Below, piece after piece: positions 63,201 to 64,000 of a stretch of DNA of 64,000 nt. This DNA comes from Candidatus Omnitrophota bacterium (lineage in GTDB: Bacteria > Omnitrophota > Gorgyraeia > Gygaellales > Profunditerraquicolaceae). The translations under genes were made by a program, and so were the position numbers. A model generated the notes under the pieces. The model did not search any database and was not told the origin of the DNA. It saw only the letters and a list, made by a program, of their open reading frames with translations. The stretch spans positions 4,682 to 68,681 of the forward strand of contig QZKH01000005.1 of NCBI GenBank assembly GCA_003598025.1. Reading direction: 5' to 3'. Every line of letters begins with the position of its first letter. Position 1 is the first letter of the stretch.

Positions 63201-64000
63201 AGAAAGTATGGCTGTTGGTTTTCAGAAAGCATGGCAGATGTATCTTGCCGGAGAAAATACCGACAGTAATGCCCAAAAAATGCTGGAATTAGGCCAGCGT
63301 GGAGAATTAGCGCATCTTTCGCCGCAGATGATTAATGCCGAGAAAACTATATGTCTGAATTCTTGCAAAGTTGAAGAGGGAGAATTAGATGAGGGCTCTT
63401 TATGGCTGGTTAAAGAAGCTCTTGTTAGAGGCAACCCCCGTGATTCATCCGGGTCAAAAACAGGGAGCTCTCCTTTAGGCAAGGATGGTGAAACCAAAAC
63501 TATTACTATTTACGGTAAAGATATCAATGCCAATGGAACAGCACTCTCTTTAATAGGGGATGCGGTAAAGAGCGATGCTGAGGCGATAATGAAGTTGAGC
63601 GCAAGGCTTGAGAGGCTCGGATATATTCCCGAAGAAGAAACACTTTCAATACAGGATGTTGAATGGCAAGTATCTCACGGGGAGTTGTATATTCTCAGAG
63701 TTTACCGGGATAAAGATGGCGTAAATGGGTATGCTTATGGAAAACTTGACGCTAATGCCTGGGTTATCCCTCATATAGTAGTTGATGAAAAATCAGAAGG
63801 CCGCGGGATAGGAAGAGCCTTATTTGTTGATATGCTTATGCAATTGGAGAAACGTAAGGCAACTGAGATCCGTCTTACGACCGCAAGCGATGCTATGGAG
63901 CATATTGTATTTACTTCAGGGTTGTTCCAGGGGATGGGTGAGAGGAAATTCAGATTTGTATCCGGACATGTAAATGATGGCAAAGATATAATTAGGGATG
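1..64000 (+). CDS. Internal fragment of a giant mosaic multidomain protein gene, partial at both ends and at least 21,333 codons within the window
   Basis: Frame 1 stayed open in every stretch I translated by eye, including the start through about 5400 and most of the feature regions below. No ORF-track entry lies in plus frame 1, as expected for an ORF that runs off both ends. The translation reads as globular domains with classical catalytic motifs (see sub-features). All minus-strand and off-frame ORFs are short. Confidence 0.85.
1964..2143 (+). repeat. GC-rich palindromic interspersed element, copy 1 (about 180 nt), inserted in a linker of the giant ORF
   Basis: It shares the 5-prime end ttctaccttccgtggctggtgg and the 3-prime core ggaccatcggcttcgccgagaggcga...gggtgg with copy 2 at 11757-11886. 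It contains the perfect palindrome ggcaggcaggcctgcctgcc and the tetraloop hairpin tcgcc-gaga-ggcga. The flanking coding DNA is AT-rich. Confidence 0.7.
2845..3180 (+). other. Histidine-kinase-like ATPase domain (HATPase_c) module
   Basis: N-box NLIENALDA at 2887-2913, G1 box DNGNGM at 2995-3012, G2 box GTGLGLA at 3067-3087. The module ends at linker GEASSPIS at about 3250. Confidence 0.7.
3380..3560 (+). other. HD-domain phosphohydrolase-like module
   Basis: EHWRIIGWLHDLGLMHTDE, with the HD dyad at 3421-3426, in the usual HD-domain context. The module is bounded by the SSPIS linker (about 3255) and the SSPVT linker (about 3900). Confidence 0.5.
6510..7900 (+). other. GT-B glycosyltransferase, glycogen/starch-synthase (GlgA)-like
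   Basis: N-terminal NVLVCSMEATLLMHWLYGAMGGGLGVLMGSF, where the KTGGLGDV-like motif GGGLGV sits at 6574-6591. PDIIQVHESFPAV at 7015-7056 is the conserved PDIIH-H-D/E motif of GlgA/GT4. Confidence 0.5.
8560..8960 (+). other. Second HATPase-like module, of the anti-sigma RsbW/SpoIIAB serine-kinase type
   Basis: IGLDKGPGIKDIESALRLGFSTYGSNGKGLYIL at about 8800-8900, with a DxGxG G1 box and a GxGxGL G2 box. It is flanked by linker ASSPLEG (about 8355) and linker GSSSPVT (about 8990). Confidence 0.45.
9218..9293 (+). repeat. Two adjacent copies of a 33-nt perfect-stem hairpin unit (gggac[g/a]gttctc-N13-[a]gaa[c/g]cgtccc). A third copy lies at 22709-22741.
   Basis: Copy 1, 9218-9250: gggacggttctcaaactaaagcagaagcgtccc. 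Copy 2, 9260-9293: gggacagttctctcatgatttcagaaccgtccc. Copy 3, 22709-22741: gggacggttctcaaaacaaggcagaaccgtccc. The 10-11 bp stems are conserved while the loops vary. In protein terms that gives RDGSQTKAEAS, RDSSLMISEPS and RDGSQNKAEPS. Confidence 0.75.
9750..10300 (+). other. Protein-kinase-like fold module (atypical)
   Basis: Glycine-rich stretch FNGGGDAAVY followed by LVVK at about 9760-9830. Catalytic-loop-like DWDIKAEN at 10180-10197. DFG-like DMG at about 10240. Confidence 0.4.
11757..11886 (+). repeat. GC-rich palindromic interspersed element, copy 2 (about 130 nt)
   Basis: It has the same termini as copy 1 and lacks a 38-nt segment that in copy 1 is flanked by ggtgg direct repeats. It contains the stem ctgcctgc...gcaggcag around the tcgcc-taga-ggcga hairpin. 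Relative to the host ORF it is read in a different frame from copy 1, so the two encode unrelated peptides. Confidence 0.7.
12790..13180 (+). other. HAD-superfamily phosphatase module
   Basis: The module starts right after linker ISSPVPQ. HAD motif I reads VAIWDMDETL (DxDxT) at about 12796-12825. Motif IV reads IVIGDNPGLDIGCDVIVDD at about 13120-13180. Confidence 0.55.
15900..17150 (+). other. Long coiled-coil region of about 400 aa
   Basis: Heptad-like E/K/Q/L/R-rich sequence with no Pro or Gly, for example IEAERRKQQEIDGQIADIPGKLSLLQAEVERINAELAEE ... LRAELLAATAEREQLQNRLSEITKRILELS. Confidence 0.55.
20690..21540 (+). other. Complete histidine-kinase catalytic core (HisKA dimerisation/H-box plus HATPase_c)
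   Basis: H-box SQFKHDVNNRLTAIVGNIDM with His at 20743-20745. N-box LLNLFVNARQA at about 21262-21294. G1 QDNGPGIP at 21361. F-box FDLFFTTK. G2 GSGMGL at 21439-21456. The module ends at linker AASSPLE at about 21550. Confidence 0.75.
21640..22700 (+). other. GH130-like (DUF377 / 5-bladed beta-propeller glycosidase or phosphorylase) module
   Basis: LLTPRDGVYWEKGGVLNPAVVIRDVKGLDGNIHFIYRADEGG at 21760-21880 matches the conserved NPA-AV...DG...YLLYRA N-terminal blade of GH130 and the GH43/32 superfamily. The module begins after linker SSSPVKY. Confidence 0.5.
23200..23650 (+). other. Possible zinc-metallopeptidase-like module (HExxH)
   Basis: GTCAHEIMHNIL with HEIMH at about 23440-23456, and a downstream HEFMSD. 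No other peptidase landmarks were recognised. Confidence 0.25.
24050..25690 (+). other. GH13 alpha-amylase-family catalytic domain (TreS / GlgE / amylosucrase-like)
   Basis: All four GH13 conserved regions are present: region I VILDFVTNH (24325-24351), region II GGGLRADLA (24631-24657), region III VVAES (24799-24813), region IV FVENHDE (24994-25014). The module ends at linker TSSSPLN at about 25695. Confidence 0.75.
26990..27780 (+). other. Kinase-like module (maltokinase / aminoglycoside-phosphotransferase / protein-kinase fold)
   Basis: Gly-loop LGQGLEGTVF with FALKVA at about 27067-27150. Catalytic-loop-like HGFEAPVGDIGLPNTLV at about 27400-27460. VKLIDPFP (DFG-like) at about 27481-27505. 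It is followed by linker AASSPIT at about 27790. Confidence 0.5.
27880..29420 (+). other. GH77 4-alpha-glucanotransferase (amylomaltase, MalQ-like) module
   Basis: PVYSLPSFFGEPKPGQREYGIGDLGDAAKEFVLLLAQAGQRYWQISPLNPTDGNNCSYRTDSVFALDYKIV at 27901-28100. This is the diagnostic GH77 N-terminal signature (YGIGDxGD ... LPLxP ... SPY). The module is about 510 aa and ends at linker SVSSPLE at about 29745. Confidence 0.75.
30590..31260 (+). other. PHP-domain (polymerase/histidinol-phosphatase family) module
   Basis: VDMHLHSAYSDCASDSVAHMVYEAYRRGLKTIAISDHQSFDG at 30589-30710. The H-x-H motif and the later Asp/His ligands are in the canonical PHP order. IPVLAHPGKW at about 30990. The module ends at linker HSSSPIL at about 31347. 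Confidence 0.65.
31540..31900 (+). other. Second HD-domain phosphohydrolase module
   Basis: RRHALRTALIAIFIARHLPLTRESLIDLVTAALAHDLGKGYD with HD at 31648-31653. Downstream lie SRHHPRY and HVADEIDA, which fit the HD metal-ligand pattern. Confidence 0.6.
32400..32900 (+). other. Third kinase-like module
   Basis: FHSKGVFHRDLSEEEVFIDPATGGVSFIDFNIA, with HRD at 32716-32724 and the DFG-equivalent DFN at 32779-32787. Confidence 0.45.
33055..33114 (+). repeat. Conserved linker cassette of about 35 nt (gaccgttt[c/t]tg[t/c]ca[c/t]tgaccagagaagtgcc) encoding PFLSLTREVPP. Further copies lie at 46674-46708 and 55990-56020.
   Basis: 33080-33114 gaccgtttctgtcactgaccagagaagtgccccct. 46674-46708 gaccgtttctgccactgaccagagaagtgccccct. 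55990-56020 ggaccgtttttgtcattgaccacagaagtgtc. The peptides are PQGPFLSLTREVPP, PQRPFLPLTREVPP and KPGPFLSLTTEVSS. The copy at 33055-33084 is preceded by a hairpin cggtcc-N17-ggaccg. Confidence 0.7.
33130..34740 (+). other. Six tandem XRE-family (Cro/C1-type) helix-turn-helix repeats of about 85-90 aa each
   Basis: A recurring pattern G[YW]G(Q/D/K/E)R(L/I)...(R/K)...G(L/M/I)(S/T)..(E/D)L(A/S)....(V/I)S..(T/Y)I...E.G.....(P/I)......LA..L.V....L..G appears six times, for example RLAEVRSLQKLSKEELSFLLKEKIEPWQLTRWE and RRIKSLMDNYGWSAPRLARRLKVSSTTVYAWIH. Consecutive repeats are joined by (T/N)DEPDW-type spacers. Confidence 0.6.
35230..35760 (+). other. P-loop NTP-binding kinase module (uridine-kinase / phosphoribulokinase-like)
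   Basis: Walker A AIDGSSSVGKTT at 35269-35301 lies about 25 aa after linker KASSPLS (about 35190). The module ends at linker CISSPLD at about 35780. Confidence 0.55.
35820..36460 (+). other. Cation-diffusion-facilitator (CDF, CzcD/ZitB-like) integral-membrane transporter module
   Basis: His-rich N-terminus HHSHEHSLYHTHIHTDH right after the linker. The CDF signature ISGSVALTGDAGHMFTDAMG sits at 35941-36000. Several hydrophobic helices follow. The module ends at linker SVSSPAN at about 36495. Confidence 0.65.
36540..37060 (+). other. GNAT N-acetyltransferase module
   Basis: Motif A LSVRDDYSGRGIGTALLG at 36796-36840. Confidence 0.55.
38278..38336 (+). repeat. In-frame 15-bp tandem repeat, about 3.7 copies of gattcctggcaaggc, encoding (GDSWQ)x3
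   Basis: Read directly: ggc gattcctggcaaggc gattcctggcaaggc gattcctggcaagat gattcctgc. It translates as G DSWQG DSWQG DSWQD DSC. Confidence 0.9.
38290..39000 (+). other. Calcineurin-like metallophosphoesterase module
   Basis: LGDVIWGG followed by VVRILGNHEYDLY, with the GNHE signature at 38479-38490. Confidence 0.5.
42060..43060 (+). other. FkbH-like / HAD-IIIC phosphatase-like domain with a C-terminal GNAT-like region (paralog A)
   Basis: CIVLDCDGVLWSG (42079-42102) ... LLAINSKNDANDVEAVL ... IKANWQDKATNLRAIAEELGIGIDSLVFFDDSPQER. The later LGFTQ segment is typical of the FkbH domain family. Confidence 0.55.
45250..46260 (+). other. FkbH-like / HAD-IIIC domain with a C-terminal GNAT-like region (paralog B)
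   Basis: CLVLDCDGLLWAG (45265-45288) ... LLAINSKNNPEDIGSVL ... VKANWQDKAENLREIAQELNIGTENLVFLDDSLRER ... QRLGFSK. Copy B is collinear with copy A at an estimated 55-60 percent amino-acid identity. Confidence 0.55.
47200..47930 (+). other. HExxH zinc-metalloprotease-like module preceded by a signal-peptide / lipoprotein-like hydrophobic segment
   Basis: Immediately after linker NSSSPVS comes WRSIILLTALLITVNFDCGN, a hydrophobic h-region followed by Cys. HEMAGH lies at 47686-47703. Confidence 0.4.
49990..50800 (+). other. Radical SAM module
   Basis: FLGPGTCNLKCEPC contains the CxxxCxxC motif at 50059-50082, about 40 aa after linker ESSSPLQ. The GGEP-like IGETFVNP is at about 50190. Confidence 0.6.
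56030..56950 (+). other. Twin-arginine (Tat)-like signal peptide followed by an alpha/beta-hydrolase (lipase / PGAP1-like) module. The segment is noticeably GC-richer than the rest of the window.
   Basis: LSISRRAFFVTAAVASVTAAFLGG has RR at 56068-56073, the SRRxFF consensus and an Ala-rich h-region. VLFIHGGLGSDCS follows. The nucleophile elbow is IIAYSCGT at 56416-56430. One 60-nt line in this module came to about 62 percent GC when I counted it by eye, against about 20 percent for an AT-rich line elsewhere (41041-41100). Confidence 0.55.
57000..57900 (+). other. HAD-IIB (Cof-like) phosphatase module
   Basis: Motif I FFMDKDGVVTD at 57028-57051 lies about 15 aa after linker NSSSSPVQ. Motif IV GAGDTEVDLAFL is at about 57781-57810. 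Confidence 0.6.
58270..58600 (+). other. Minimal nucleotidyltransferase (Pol-beta-fold NTase) module
   Basis: IYIVGSFANGKLKRTSDLDLVFE. The GS motif is at 58348-58353 and the DxD motif at 58384-58392. Confidence 0.6.
58690..59120 (+). other. Class I SAM-dependent methyltransferase module
   Basis: Motif I VIDLGCGKGKLG at 58720-58752. Post-I YVGIDL. Motifs II and III CANASYLPIECNSADAVVCMHMIEHL. The sequence ...GGYVLIET follows. Confidence 0.65.
59450..60470 (+). other. Polytopic membrane module with a transporter-like pattern (tentatively DMT/EamA-like)
   Basis: The module begins about 20 aa after linker TTSSPVR. It has roughly ten hydrophobic helices, for example FLLAFVGVIFGALGTVFGKIL and LVLLAVGTVFLGVILS. 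I recognised no soluble-domain motifs. The DMT/EamA label rests only on the number and spacing of helices and the small loops. Confidence 0.4.
63650..64000 (+). other. Second GNAT acetyltransferase module, truncated by the window end
   Basis: VIPHIVVDEKSEGRGIGRALFVDMLMQLEK, with motif A RGIGRAL at 63802-63822. Confidence 0.5.

Noticed and set aside
1-64000. Possibility that the long open frame reflects stop-codon reassignment (for example TGA or TAG recoding)
   Set aside because: Recoding would leave TGA, TAG or TAA triplets in frame. I found none of the three in frame 1 in any region I translated, so no alternative code is needed to explain the open frame.
1-64000. rRNA or tRNA genes, an integrase or transposase, or a prophage
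   Set aside because: No rRNA-like conserved stretches or tRNA cloverleaf candidates were seen, and no recombinase motifs were recognised in the translation. The only mobile-looking sequences are the small GC-rich element and the hairpin units.

Overview
The whole 64 kb window lies inside one uninterrupted plus-strand reading frame, frame 1, where codons start at positions 1, 4, 7 and so on. I translated long stretches across the window by eye, including several thousand contiguous codons between about 1 and 5400 and most of the regions cited as features below. I found no TAA, TAG or TGA in frame 1 anywhere I looked. None of the supplied ORF-track entries lies in frame 1 on the plus strand, which fits a single open frame that runs off both ends and so was not listed. 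The window is therefore an internal piece, at least 21,333 codons long, of a giant gene. The DNA is AT-rich with local GC-rich patches.

The encoded protein is a mosaic of at least 50 protein-sized modules. Each module resembles a complete stand-alone prokaryotic protein. Those I recognised from their motifs are:
- a histidine-kinase core and two further HATPase domains
- two HD hydrolases
- a GlgA-like glycosyltransferase, a GH13 alpha-amylase-family domain, a maltokinase-like kinase, a GH77 4-alpha-glucanotransferase and a GH130-like beta-propeller
- a PHP domain
- six tandem XRE helix-turn-helix repeats
- a P-loop kinase, a CDF metal transporter and two GNAT domains
- a metallophosphoesterase
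- two paralogous FkbH/HAD-IIIC modules
- two HExxH metalloprotease-like modules
- a radical SAM domain
- an alpha/beta hydrolase preceded by a Tat-like signal
- HAD phosphatases, a nucleotidyltransferase, a SAM methyltransferase and a multi-helix membrane domain with a transporter-like pattern

The modules are joined by short low-complexity linkers that almost always carry the motif S-S-P-[I/L/V]. I counted about 55 to 60 occurrences by eye. Catalytic motifs that normally sit close to a protein N-terminus (Walker A, HAD motif I, the radical-SAM CxxxCxxC, signal peptides) lie just downstream of these junctions. The ORF therefore looks like dozens of whole proteins concatenated in frame, and I suspect it is processed as a polyprotein.

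Several linkers also contain nucleotide-level elements:
- a 130 to 180 nt GC-rich palindromic element inserted twice
- three copies of a 33 nt perfect-stem hairpin
- a conserved 35 nt linker cassette, also in three copies
- a 15 bp in-frame tandem repeat

I found no rRNA, tRNA, CRISPR array or credible independent gene on either strand. All domain coordinates are approximate because I read them by eye.
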